Under the pieces are notes generated by a model that saw only the letters and a program-made list of their open reading frames with translations, was not told where the DNA came from and ran no database searches. The position numbers and the translations under genes were made by a program. Shown piece after piece: positions 1 through 12,651 of a stretch of DNA of 64,000 bases (the stretch's first letter is position 1; each line of letters starts with the position of its first letter). The stretch comes from Lama guanicoe (lineage: Eukaryota), in assembly GCA_013239625.1 (NCBI GenBank), contig MU053881.1:14748373-14812372 (forward strand), given 5' to 3'.

Positions 1-460
1 TCTCCTAACCTTGCTCATGCTATTGCAAAGAGCTCCCTCTTTACCACTCTCCTCCATGGCCTGGCTTGAGCACGCCACCTATTTCCATGGGCCGGTCATC
101 AACACCTCTTCTGCCTCCATGAACTCAAGCCTGGGTGCAGGTGGGGCAGGGAGGCAGGTGGCCCTGTTTCTTGGGAGGTGGTCAAGAGAAGTCTCTTCAA
201 GAAAGCAACAATTAAAATGAGACCCAACTTGAAGGACCCAGCCCTGCAGATGTCAGGGTAAGGTGCAGGCAAGTAGAAGGTGGGTGTCAAGCAAGGTGGG
301 AGTGTGTGGCCAGCCTGCTTGGGGCAGAGCCCAGAGCTGCCATGCCAGGAGGGATGGGGTCGTGGCAGGACACCATTCTTGCACGTTAAGAGCCACGGAC
401 TGGAGGTGACTGTCGGGCAAAGAGCCACAGCAGCGCTGAGACTGGGCCACACTGCCTTAC

Positions 461-587
461 CCTGTGACTCAAACTGCTCCACAGCCTCTTTCACTGCCTC
501 CTCCGGCTCCATCTCCAATTCCTCGATGTTCTCACGAACGGCTGCATCAAAGGTTTCCTGGGTGATACGCTTGGAGGTCATTGTCAT
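461..587 (-). CDS. ARMC6: Armadillo repeat-containing protein 6, first coding exon (exon 461-630; ATGs at 587 and 581). The gene continues off the left edge.
   Basis: Translates (MT)[41 protein letters not shown], matching the ARMC6 N-terminus. Acceptor cttcttag precedes 630, and a phase-1 donor G|GTAAGG follows 461. Confidence 0.93.
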
Positions 588-2395
588 CTTCTCCTCATGG
601 GGCCAAGGACACCCACTAGTTGCTCCCAAGCTAAGAAGGTAAGAAGAAAGCTTCATCGAGAGGGAGAGGCAACTGAGAACCTGGCCACCATTTAGGGAGC
701 ATCTACCAAGGGGCCACAGCCTACAACCACCCTGGAAAAGTTCTTACAACCTGAGTCACAGGAAAGGGTGATATCCGAACATCCACAGAACATCTAAAAG
801 TACAGAAGAGGGCAGGTAGTTTACCACATTTTATCTAAGAAATGAGGAATGTTAATATAACGTATGTACTTATAGTAAAAAGTAGTAATAATAAAGATAA
901 AATAATATCTTAATAATATTATGTTGTATGTTACATGATTATAATATTATATGTATTACTCATATTTATTCACATATTACTCTGTATACAGTTATAAACT
1001 TTACATGTAATTACATAATGAAATAAAACGTTACAATAGCATATAGTTATACTAATAAAGATTTAAAATAAAAATAATAAGAAGAAGAAGAATGAAAGTA
1101 AATTAAAAGCTAACAGAAATAGTCACCTGTAACAGGAGGTAGAGAAAGGGTAATGAGAGCAGGAACAGAAGTTGAATTATTCTGTCTTAAAGTACTTCAT
1201 TTTACAGGTTTGAATTTGGAACTCAGATAAATGCTTTGTGTGATTAGGAAAATAAATATGCCAAAATAACCAAAATAAAAATAAAAGCAATCCCTAAAAC
1301 TCAAGAGCAAAATGAAACTAATGAATTTAACATTTTATCTTCATGGATCACTTAATGCAATTTTAAAACAGTGATATGACTGTATATTCTTTTTTTTTTA
1401 TAACGGTATATTCTTACTGGGATCTACTCTAAGGATAGAATCGCAAAAGAAAATCTTCAACAATTTTCAGTAATCGTGTTATCAGAAACTATATCAGTAA
1501 TACTATTTGGAAACTATTATAGATGTAGCAAGTAAGTAGTAGCATTTGTATCATTAGGAACCAGCATAAAAGAAAAAAGATTCTAATATAAAATCAAAGA
1601 AGTAAAAACTCAGAACTCCTAAATTTGAACTGGAAATACAAGATGAATCATTACACATTTTCATTTGAGCAAACAAAGAACCAATTTTCTATTAATACGA
1701 ACTGAGAATGCCTGGAGGAAATGATACCACAGCAGTAATGAGCACCCTGAATACCAGCTGTGGTCTCTATATACCATTTTCCACCAAAGAAGCCAGGGGT
1801 CTTGGAATAATGGTTGAGTCTATGTCTGGGTAGGAAATGGGCCAAATGAGCCAGGAGCATCACGTGAGGCCAGAAAGCAAAGAAGCTTCTAAAGACCACT
1901 GGGGTCACATCAAAGGACTCAGACTACCCTAAAGGGCACTAGCTAAGGAAGATGGGATAAGTGAGCATTCAAACAAAACAAAACAAAACAAAACCAATAG
2001 ATACCAAAATCAAAATCTGTGTATTCACAATAGTACTAAAAGAAACTGAGCTCATTCTTCTGAAAGTGGGCATATAAAGAATCCAGCATTAATCCTGCCT
2101 CCCTTATGCAAGTGGACACCAGGTTATAAAGACAGGACAAGGGAAAGTTATTCTTTGCCACAAATCCAGCTAACCAACCAAGACAGGACAGATCTAGATG
2201 ATGATCTCCATGGGCTGCAAAACCATGAGGTGCAAAACTGATGGGGAACCTGATAACAGATGGACAGTACCTGCACCCACTGTGTGATTCCATGTCATCA
2301 AAAGAGAAACTGGAGGCCATCTGCCTCCCAACAAGAATAAAAGGCATCTGTGAAGTCATCTTGCTGAAAACTCAGACCTGAATCTGACTGTGAGT

Positions 2396-2592
2396 CCAGT
2401 GGAACTTTCTACGATGAAGGAGTGTTTTACCTCTGTGCTGTCCAATGTGGCAGCTGCCAGTCCCATATGGGACTGAGCAGGTGAAATGGAGCTAATACAA
2501 CTGAGGAATTGAATATGTACCTTTATTTAATTTTAATTCATTTTAATGTAAATAGCTGCATGTGGTAAGTGGCTTTCATACTGGATAGAGAG
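2396..2592. mobile_element. MER3-like hAT DNA transposon fossil
   Basis: gaactttct..gatg, tgtgctgtccaat, actgaggaattgaat and catgtgg..agtggct motifs. Confidence 0.7.
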
Positions 2593-2759
2593 GCTGTAGA
2601 GCTAATGACTAGTTTATAGGAAATTGAGGACAGACAGACAATACCACAGGGATGTGATCTGCAAAATCCCCATGGAAGGGGCTGGGGAGGGGAACCTCAG
2701 CTACAGGACAAACAGCTAGGGTTTTCAACAAATAAATCGCAAGAACAGTGAAAAGGACT

Positions 2760-3190
2760 GGGGGTCCATCAATAGATGAAAAGATAAACAAAATGTGAAG
2801 TCCATATAATGGAATATTATTCAGACATAAAAAACGAAGCCCTGACACACATGCTATGAGGTAGATGCACTTCAAAAACATCTTGCTAGGTAAAAGAAGT
2901 CAGACACAAAAAGCCACGTGTTGTATGAACCCATTCATATGAAATGTCTAGAACAGGCAAATCCATACAGACGGAAAGTAGATGAGGGCTTACCAGGAGC
3001 TGGGGGAGGTGAAGAGGAGGGGGAATGGGGAGTGACTGCTAATGGGGATAAGGCTTCCTTTCGGGGTGGTGAAAATGTTCTGGAATTAGTGGTGATGATT
3101 ATACAACTTTATGAATATACTTAAAATCACTAAATTGCACACTTTAAGTGGGCGAATATTATGGTATGTAAATTACAGTTCAATTTAAAA
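2760..3190 (+). mobile_element. Old L1M 3' end
   Basis: gtccatcaatagatga, aatggaatatta, gaaaatgttctggaattag and ttatggtatgtaaatta, then an A-rich tail. Confidence 0.75.
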
Positions 3191-3589
3191 AATACTCTTC
3201 CAGTAAAAAACAAACCCCAAATGAAACCCAGCACAGGCACACACTGGAAGCCAGGGAACAGGATCAGTAGTTAGATGACCCAGCACCTTGGGCAGTCACT
3301 TCTCCTTTGCGGGTTTGGGGCACATCATAGAATTAAATAATGCAAACCCCTCAGTAAACTAGCCAATGGTCTTGACAAGAAGGTCCCCAGAGTGCAAGCA
3401 GTTTAACATTTAATATTTGCCACGCTCTCTTTTTAACAAGAGGGCAAACAGGCCTCAGGACCAGAGCCTAACAGAGGTTAACAACTTTTAAAATCTTACT
3501 TGTTTTACTATATCTACCTTGTTTATTGTAGCAATACCATGTTTCCATTTTGGAATTATATTAAGTTTCTACTTAAAATATATCACTTT

Positions 3590-3698
3590 TTATTAATTAA
3601 TTAATTAATTAATTAATTTTAATGGAGTTACTGGGGATTGAACTCAGGACCTGCGTATGCTAAGCATGTGCTCTACCACTGAGCTATATCTTTCCCCC
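3590..3698 (-). mobile_element. tRNA-derived SINE (Vic-1-like, camelid)
   Basis: Reverse complement of GGGG..TATAGCTCAGTGGTAGAGC..ATGCTTAGCAT...GTCCTG.GTTCAATCCCCAGTA plus an (ATTA)n tail. Confidence 0.8.
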
Positions 3699-6228
3699 AT
3701 CATTTTTTAATCTTATAATAAAGTTGCAAGAATAGTACAAGGAGCGCTATCTAGGGGCTATACAAAAGGGTCTTGTAGCTTCACCAATGGTTAACATTTT
3801 GCCATGTTAACCTCTATGTGAGTGTGAGTGTGTGCCTATGTGAGTGTGTGACACATACATCGTTGGAGAGCATGCTTCAGGCATGGGATCCCTTCCCTCC
3901 TACAGATGTCAGCATGACTTTCCCAAGAAAAGGACACTCTCTTATACATTCACAGCACAAATGAAATTTAACACAAGAAATCTAACAATGATGCAATACT
4001 ATTTTCTAACATATAGTACATGATGGACTTTCTTGATTGTCACAATATTGTCTTTTAAAACAATTTGTTTTGTTTTTTTTTTCTGGTCCTGGATCCATTC
4101 CAGAATCACAGAAAGCACAGAAAGTGTGTTACAGGGACAAAGGCACAGGGGGAGCTAGGGCAGTGGTATGGGAATGTGCTACATTGGGCTGTGCGGGAAA
4201 TGAGCCACTCAAGCCCTCGCTTCTCTCTGTGGACGTAGCATTGAATGTGAATATTCCATCTGTGTTTGTGCAGATGCCTGGGGTGGGAAAGGTGGGAGGA
4301 GAGGCTCCAGGGCCAGCCAGGGGGACTCAAATCCCAGGCCCTCCACTTAACCTCACTGTTGGTCAACTCTCTCATTTGTGACACAGGAACAAATACAGAA
4401 TCTAATCATAGGGCTGGAGTGAAAATTCAACCCATCAATTCCTACAAAGCACTTGGAACAGGAATGGCACAGAGCTCAATAAACATCACCTAGTTGTTGC
4501 TCTTGCTTGAGAGGTAATTCGGCCAGTTTATTGTGGGGGTGGAGAACAAAGGCATCAAACACCTCACCTCACTCCCTTGCAGATACCCCTGCCTTTTATT
4601 CCCCAGAACAGGGAGCCTGTTTAGGAGTAGTTAAGAATTTCCAAGATCAAAATTGGAGGAAAAGAAAAAGGGTTTCTGTTTCAAGCTAAAGAGTTTCTCA
4701 GCAGGGAGCCTGGGCTGGTAGTGATGGAATGGTCCTAGCCAGACCTGAGGGGCAGGAACTTCCGGTGTGGGTGCTGCTGGAGGGACTCTGCTCCTGGCTC
4801 TGCCACCAGACATTGCTTTTACCACCCTGGTCGTGCTTCAGACCCAAGTGGGCCAATGGTGACTGGCTACTCTATCACAGAAGTACAGTCCTAAAAGGGG
4901 AATGTCATTGTGCCTACTTTAAGGATGAGGAATCTGAAGCTCAGAGAAACAATAAGAGGCCTGGCCAAGACCCTATCATGTTATCCCATCTCATTAACCC
5001 CTTTCCTCCAGGGACCCTATCACGCTAGCCTGTCTTATTAACCCCTTACCTCCACCTCGGTCCTCTGCAGAGCTTCCGCCAGACCTTCCAAGCCACCTCC
5101 TCCTGGACACCTTCTCTGGCTACTCAGAGTCTGTGTATTCTCAGCTCTCCCCACCCCTACAAGAACCTCCCTCTGTCCAGCCCTAAGATCCCTGAGCTGG
5201 AGAGGCCAGTGTCTGGCTTTGGAACAACCCCTTAGGCCAGTCCCTTAGGTCCAACATAGGCCTAGGGGGTGGGGGCAGGGATGAAAGTAAAGATCTGGAG
5301 TTCATGAGAAAGATGGTGCCTGGGAATGGACATCTGGGAGCCACCTGGGGAACAGCCTAGGCCAGGAGAGGAGAGAAACAGTATTACCAGCCCCCACACT
5401 GCATCCAAGGCATGCTGTAGGGAAGGGAGTTATCAAGGTCCCCAGCTGATAGCTAGCTTCCCTCTCTAAGCCATGGTTTTGCTTATCAAGAAAACGGTGC
5501 CCTGACTCGAAGGACTCTCAATGATTCATCTTCCTCCATCTGCCACACCCACCCTGGTTCAGGGGGCCTCATCTGCTTTCTCCCTGCCATACCCTGTGCC
5601 TCTATTCTCTGCAAGACAGCCAGAGGGGGAATTGAAAGAACAGAGACCACCTCACTCACCTATTCAAAATCCTGCAGTGGCTTCCCAACGCTCTCAGAAC
5701 GAACTCAAGTCTTACCAGGACTTTCCCTGCCTAGACCCTTTCACTTGTGCTTCTCCACTTCTTTTTCATTCTTCCCAGCTATCCAAGGGTCATCATAACC
5801 ACTCTGGTTAAAGCAGCCCCCGCTCTCCTATCGCATTACATTCTTTTATTATTTTAACATTATCTCAACATGGAGAGAAAGGGTTCATCTATTTGCTTTT
5901 ACTATCTAGCCTTCTCCCCAAAGAAATTTGACCTGCATGAGAGCTGGGGCCGTTTTGTTAAACATCTTCCCCACCCCCACCACGGCCTAGGATGGGGATG
6001 GACATGCAGCAGGCACTCAGTACATACATAGGTGATAAATGAATGAATAAATGAAAAGAAAGCGAAGGCCAGGGAAGGTGGGCGATTTTGTCCCCGGGCG
6101 GCTTCCGTAATAGTCTTTCATTACCCAAAACCACGTCCCCGAGCGTCGCTCCACAGCTACTAGACAAACCCCGCGGCGTCCACTCCCTGCCCTGCGCGAG
6201 AAGGGGCTCGGCAGCCGTCATTTCTCAC

Positions 6229-6330
6229 CCGGTCTTCGTGGCCACGTGGGGAAAGGGTGGGGTTCGCGGCTGTCACCGGCTGCGCCGCCTCTGGTCCCTT
6301 TCGGCCGCCGTACGCGCGCAGGCGCGTCGG
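6229..6330 (-). other. ARMC6: Candidate non-coding upstream exon of ARMC6 (5' end not determinable)
   Basis: Minus-strand donor CGG|GTGAGA after 6229, inside the CpG island. Confidence 0.4.
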
Positions 6331-6619
6331 CGCCGCGTCGCCTCGGCTTCCCTTAGTCCCGTGAACCGCTCCTGAGGTGACCAACGGTGACCGCGAGTGC
6401 AGGTAAAGCTGAGAGAGCCAACAGATATGCAACGGCCGCGCCTTAGCCTCCTTTTCTGGGCCGCTTCCCGTTGCCGCCGCCCCCGGCAGAGAAGTTTTTT
6501 TTGCCTCGGGAGTGTCCGCCCTCAAGACGGGGCAGTGCGCCTGCGCAAGGAGGGCTTGGCGGCGGCTGTCTGCGCCTGTGTATCAGAGCTCGGCGGCGGC
6601 CTGCGCCTGCGCGGCGCGG

Positions 6620-6729
6620 CGCTGCGGAGACCGTTGACTCATTTGCATGTCCCCGCCTCGCACGGTGGCGGCGGCGGGTGAGGAACCTGAGGCGGCGGCG
6701 GGGGCGGCTCCGCGCGCGGTGGGCTCGGG
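6620..6729 (+). other. SUGP2: SUGP2 exon 1 (5' leader; start approximate)
   Basis: Donor GG|GTGAGG at 6730 (alternative donor at 6678), inside the CpG island and upstream of the 8108 acceptor. Confidence 0.6.
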
Positions 6730-8118
6730 GTGAGGCCCGGGCCCGGGCGTCGTCGACGGGTGGGCCCCGGAGTGGGGGGCTTGGGCTTGATCCCAGGAAT
6801 CCCAGGTCCCCCCTATGGCGCAGCGGGCTCGGCCCTTGAGCTGCGCTGTGGCCGCGTCCCGCCGGGTCGGCTTGGGGGGCGGTCTTAGGCCTCCCGTGCC
6901 CGACGTCCCCTTTTCTTCGTTCTCGGAGGCCAAGAGGAGGCGGGCCGCGCCCGAAGGGGTTCATTCGTTCATTTGTTCATTCATTCATTCCACCTGAGCC
7001 TGGAGCAGCCCCTCTGGTGGGGCGATAACGGCGGCCGGGCGCTGTATCTGGCTTTTTGCCATTTTTTAAACTGGCTCCATCCCGACAGCAACCCCCACCA
7101 TTAGCTGCTCATTCCGTAGATGGGGAAGCGGAGGCACAGAAAGATTAGGTCGCTTGAATTGATCCCAGGCTACCTGGCTGGGAGACCCTGACCTTCGATA
7201 GCAGAGAACAAGGGGCGCCCCCACGAAAAGGACGGAAGGATAGGAAAAGAGGGTGATGGTTGTAAGAAATGGCTATATGGCTGGGATTGGTTTGGGTTTT
7301 GAAGCTGGGATTTCAAGATGAAAGGGATATCTTGGTGGTTAAGGACACCGCCACTGGCTTTCTCAATGTTGCTTTTCAGTCTCTTTCTTCTCAGCCCTCA
7401 GGGCTTTGTCCCCACTACCAGTGCCCTATTTGCCAGGTTACAGTCTGGGCTGGCTGACCTTGGGTGGGTCACTTAGCCTGAATTTCCCTTTTCCAGTTTT
7501 GTATCTTTTCATTCATAATAGGACCCACTTCTTTACTGGGTTGTTTCCAAGAAGTGAATGGGATCGTGGAAGTCCCTCCCCTGCAGCAAGACCTGACACA
7601 GAGTAAGCTGGTCACTGGTCAGGGATTTTTCCACCCACTCACTGAGAGGCCTCTCTCAGAGGGAAGTCAGCTCTCAGAGCCTCTTCTGTGAAACGGGAAA
7701 ATAGCAGTGGGAAAGATCACATCTTTCCTAACCAGCATTTGCAGGGGTTGTGCTCCTACTCCCCTACACTGTTGTGTTCAGTTACGTGTATTGCTTCATG
7801 CAGTCCTCCAGCAACCCCAGGAGACAGAACTGCTTTTATAGAGCTTCTTTTAAGAGATGAGGAAATAAGCTCCGAGAAGCAGAATAAATTGTCCAGGTTC
7901 AACATGCTTGCCTTGCTCCTCAGCCAACACACACCTTTGAGGTTCATGAGGGCAGAGCTCCCCTCAAATTAATCCTGCCTCCCTCTGAAGTACCGTGCCA
8001 GATTATGGATTACTGCCTTGTTACTTTGAGGATTAGGTGAAACAGAGCAGGCTCTGTGAGCTTTAGTTGTCACTCTTAGTGTCTTTTTTTCCCCCTTCTC
8101 ACTACAGGTCAGAGAAAC

Positions 8119-8239
8119 ATGGCAGCAAGGAGAATCACACAGGAGACTTTTGATGCTGTATTGCAAGAAAAGGCTAACCGATATCATATGGACCCCAGTG
8201 GTGAGGCTGTAGGTGAAGCTCTTCAGTTTAAAGCTCAAG
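8119..8239 (+). CDS. SUGP2: SUGP2 coding exon 1 (exon starts at 8108)
   Basis: Polypyrimidine tract and tacag|, then AAC ATG G. Encodes [40 protein letters not shown]. Phase-1 donor G|GTAAAT. Confidence 0.95.
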
Positions 8240-11043
8240 GTAAATTTTTTTGGGGTAGAGAGATTGAGGCATGTGTTTAGGGTCAGGGCAGGAGGATTTC
8301 AATGCTGTAAGCAAATTGCAACTCCTCTGATCCTACCTTCTTATTTGTTAAGGGGAGATAAAATTTTTTCTTGGTCCACCTGTCAAATCATTATATAGAA
8401 GGAGGTATTGTTATTATCCAGAGCTGCTTTTCCCTAGGCACCCTCCCCCACCTAACGAAGGATTCTTAAATCTCCTGGCTCACCATCACTACCCAGGTTT
8501 GAGCTCTTACCAGTTCTTACCTGAATTATTGCAGAATCTCCTCCTGAAAGGTCTTTCAGCTTCTGGCTTCATTCTCCTTGAATCTGCCCTCCCCACAGAT
8601 CTGCTTGGATTCTTGGGGCTCCCCATTTTGGGCTTAGAGCCTCAGACAAGTACAGGAGCAGCCAGGTAACTGGTGTATAAAAGACAGGAGAGCGTGGGGT
8701 GCAGAGGAGCTGTGGAGCTGCTGAGTGTAGGCTCTGCCTGAAAACATTTCCGTTGCAAAGTTTTGAAACATCATACCAGCAGAATCAAAAATGGTGCCTG
8801 CAAAGATTGCAGGACAGTGTGAAGGTCCCTCACCATGGCACACAAGGCTCCTAGCCCTCATCCCCTGCCTTGGGCCTCATGTTTCTGTGATACAGTGTGC
8901 CTAACTGTGTTTTGAATCCCTCATCCCAGCTCTGTGTGGTTAATTCCCTCAGGCACTAAGACCCAGCTCACAGGTGCCTCCCCCTAGGAGACCTTAGTAA
9001 GCCTTGGCATTGATTTACACTGTGTACTTGCTCCTCTGCCTTGGGCTGGCCTCATCCAGGCTTTGGGCCTGTGCTGCTCGCTGTTGCACCAGCATAGCTG
9101 TGGAGGAGGCTTCCGCCTTATTGGTTGAATGAGTCTAAGTGCTTTGGACCTGGAGAAACTGAAGCTCAGAGACTGTCTCCAGATTCTGAGTTTTCAAAAA
9201 TTATATAAGTGGTACACAAAAACATTCCTATTTCAAAAGACTAGAAAAATTAAGTAGTTAAGAGTAGGATATAAAAAGCCTTTTTGCTTTTACTCTTCAG
9301 AAGTAACCGTGTCAGTGGTATTTTGTGCATCCTTCAATTCTTTTAGCCCTATGTATATAATCCTAAACACTTACATGTTTTCATACATATACATCCAAAT
9401 ATCTGTGTATATGTATGTACACACATGTTTGTGTATATACATATATATTTTAAAATTTTGATTTATCTTTTCCTAGAGACTCATAAACCAATACATACCT
9501 TAGTTACTTCAAGAAAGATTGAGGGCGGCGGAGGCTACAAACCCAATAAGATGCTTGAAGATTTTGGAAACATCTCTACCTTTTAAAAACCCTAATGCCC
9601 AAGTCACGCCTCATCCTCATTAATTAAATCAGAATGCCTGGTTGAGAGGGGTGATCCCCAGGGACTTCAGTGTGCAGCAGAGTTAGGTGCTGCCTTCTTA
9701 CCACTTTGCCTCTCCTTCCTTCTGTTCCATTCTGGCCACATTTGTCCCCTCCTCTTCTTACCTCAGGGCTTTATCCTCACACTCCCTTTACCTGGAAGGC
9801 TTTCCCCATAACTGCACTTTCTAGCCTCTCACACCAGGCCTCTGCTGTTTAGATACATTGTTGTCAGAGCTGCCCACCTGACCAGCCTGTCTGAAAGTGG
9901 CTTTACTTCTTCATGTTCCCGCCTGCTTGATATTTCTTATAGGTGCTTTCTTGCACCTGAAGAATTTTTTGTTTATTGTTTGGCTTACTCAACTAACAGG
10001 TCTAGGAAGGTTGGGACTTTGTTGTCTCCTTTCCCTGCTGTAACTTCAGTGCCCATACACTGTAGGTGCTTAGTAAGTACTTGTTGGACAAAAAGACTTA
10101 GATTTATACAAAGCCCTGGCTTCCTGTGGCCTCTCGGCCCATCGCTACTTCTTAACATCTCTCTCTCGCTCGCTTTTCTTTTCATTTGACTTTGATGAGG
10201 TAGTAGATTCTGATTCAAAAGCCAGAGAATAAGAAAGGCACTCTGTGCAAAGTCTCCCTGAGACCCTCTGTTGCCATATGCCCATAGTTCACTTCTGTTC
10301 CTAGCTTTGTACAGTTTATGCATGAATGAGAAAATGCAAATATAGTTTCCTATTTTCCTCATTCCCACACAGAAGAGGACAAAAGCACACACTGTTCAGT
10401 TTCCATTATGGCCTCTGTTGTTGTGGCTTGTTTAGCTTCTGCCTTCCCTCTTATCTGCCTCAGTCTCTGTTCTTTCAGAGTGTTGGACCTTTCTGAGGGA
10501 GCCTGTCAGCCAACTTTGGGTCAGGTGCTTGGCCATGGCCTAGCCAGCTGTAGTGGGTGCAGTGTCAGATGTGGCTCTTGCCTCAGTGGCACTGTGGGCT
10601 GAGAGTTCCTCCTAGGAAGTGGGGAAGGCAGGCAGCCTCTAGAAAACCTGTCTGCTGATAGAAATAGAAATACACAAGTGGTCTGGTCACAATAAAGTCC
10701 AGGTTTTTGGGGGGACCACACGTCCTTCCCTGAGTCCAAAAGAGGGCTTGTGAAACAGAGCCAGGGCAGGAGATCTGAGTGAGTGAGGGGCACTGCTGCC
10801 CAGCCTCCATGGACTGTTGTCAGGGCAAATGCAGGCCCAGTGCTTGTAGGTCTTCTGTTTTTATAAGAAGTAAATCTAGATTTTTAAGTGAAACCACACA
10901 CATTTTAAATGTTGGCATCAAATATGCATTTCTAAAATGCACTCTGGCTGATAAAGTACTCCTGGCTGTAGGACTGTGGACCATCTGTTTGCAACTTCTG
11001 GTCTAAAGTACCTTTGTATTTCTTTTTGGATTGTTTATTTCAG

Positions 11044-12651
11044 AGCTTCTAAGGACAGTCCCAAGAGCCAGAGCAGATATGTATGATGACATTCACAGTG
11101 ACAGCAGATACACTCTGGGGGGATCTGTAGCTCATCCTCGAGACACTGGGAGAGAAGGCCTGAGAGGTGATGTATTTCCAGGACCTTCCTTCAGATCAAG
11201 CAACTCTTCAGTAAGTGATGACAGCTATTTTCGCAAAGAATGTGGCCGGGAGCTGGAATTTTCCCACCCTGATTCCCGAGACCAGGTCTTTGGCCACCGG
11301 AAATTGGGACATTTCCGTTCTCAGGACTGGAAGTTTGCACTCCGTGGCTCTTGGGAACAAGACTTTGGCCACGCAGTTTCTCAAGAATCCTCTTGGTCGC
11401 AGGAGTATAGTTTTGGTCCTTCTGCATTACTGGGGGACTTTGGTTCCTCCAGGCTGATTGAGAAAGAGTGTTTGGAGAAAGAGAGTCGGGATTATGACGT
11501 GGACCGTCCAGGGGAGGCAGACTCTGTGCTCAGGGCCGGTGGCCAAGTCCAGGGCAGAGGCCGAGGTCTAAACATTGTTGACCAGGAAGGTGCCCTCCTA
11601 GGAAAGGGGGAGACCCAAGGCCTGCTCACGCCTAAAGCGGGGGTCGGGAAACTTGTCACGCTGAGAAATGTGAGCACCAAAAAGGTACCCACTATAAGTC
11701 GTATCACTCCCAAAACTCAGGGCACTAACCAAATCCAGAAAACCACCCCAAGTCCTGATGTGACCCTGGGGACAAACCCAGCGACAGGAGATATCCAATT
11801 CCCCACTCAGAAAATCCCTTTGGGGCTTAATCTGAAGGATATTCGGCTCCCCAGAAGAAAGATGAGCTTCGACCTCATAGATAAGTCTGATGTTTTTTCG
11901 AGATTTGGGATAGAAATAATCAAATGGGCAGGATTCCACACCATAAAAGATGATGTTAAATTTTCCCAGCTTTTCCAGACTCTCTTTGAACTTGAAACCG
12001 AAACCTGTGCTAAAATGCTTGCCTCATTCAAATGTTCTTTAAAACCAGAGCACAGAGATTTTTGCTTTTTTACTATCAAATTTTTAAAGCACTCTGCTTT
12101 GAAAACTCCCAGAGTTGATAACGAGTTTTTAAACATGCTTTTAGACAAAGGTGCTGTGAAGACCAAAAATTGCTTTTTTGAAATCATAAAGCCCTTTGAT
12201 AAATACATAATGAGGCTTCAAGACCGGCTTCTGAAGAGTGTCACACCACTGCTCATGGCCTGCAATGCCTACGAGCTGAGTGTCAAGATGAAGACCCTCA
12301 GTAACCCTCTGGACTTGGCTGTTGCCCTGGAGACCACCAATTCTCTCTGCCGGAAGTCTTTAGCCCTTTTGGGACAGACGTTCTCCTTGGCCTCTTCTTT
12401 CCGGCAAGAGAAAATCTTAGAAGCTGTCGGCCTCCAAGATATAGCTCCCTCTCCTGCCTCATTTCCAAACTTCGAGGACTCTACTCTGTTTGGAAGAGAG
12501 TACATTGATCACCTGAAGGCCTGGCTGGTCAGCAGTGGGTGTCCACTCCAGGTTAAGAAAGCCGAAACCGAGCCAACTCGAGATGAGGAGAAAACGGTTC
12601 CTCCTGCCAAACCCGAAATTCAGGCCAAGGCTCTGGGTGGTCTGAGTGATG
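11044..12651 (+). CDS. SUGP2: SUGP2 coding exon 2 (1608 nt, phase 1-1)
   Basis: Lies within the 557-aa ORF (ELLRTVPRAR...ALGGLSD). Acceptor tttcag| and donor G|GTAAGG. Confidence 0.96.

Larger units (their letters stand above)
6050..7050. promoter_or_regulatory. CpG island / bidirectional promoter shared by ARMC6 and SUGP2
   Basis: Very GC- and CpG-rich and lies between divergent genes. NRF1-type TGCGCCTGCGCA at 6536-6547, with variants near 6315, 6571 and 6602. TGACTCA (6635-6641) overlaps an octamer ATTTGCAT (6641-6648). Confidence 0.9.

Noticed and set aside
99..656. 185-aa ORF as a complete gene
   Set aside because: Only 461-630 is exon; the remainder is intron read-through.
850..1100. 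Extremely AT-rich stretch
   Set aside because: Low-complexity sequence within decayed L1-like DNA; no defined structure.
6088..6997. Many overlapping ORFs on both strands
   Set aside because: Expected from the scarcity of stop codons in a CpG island; low-complexity R/G/A/P products.
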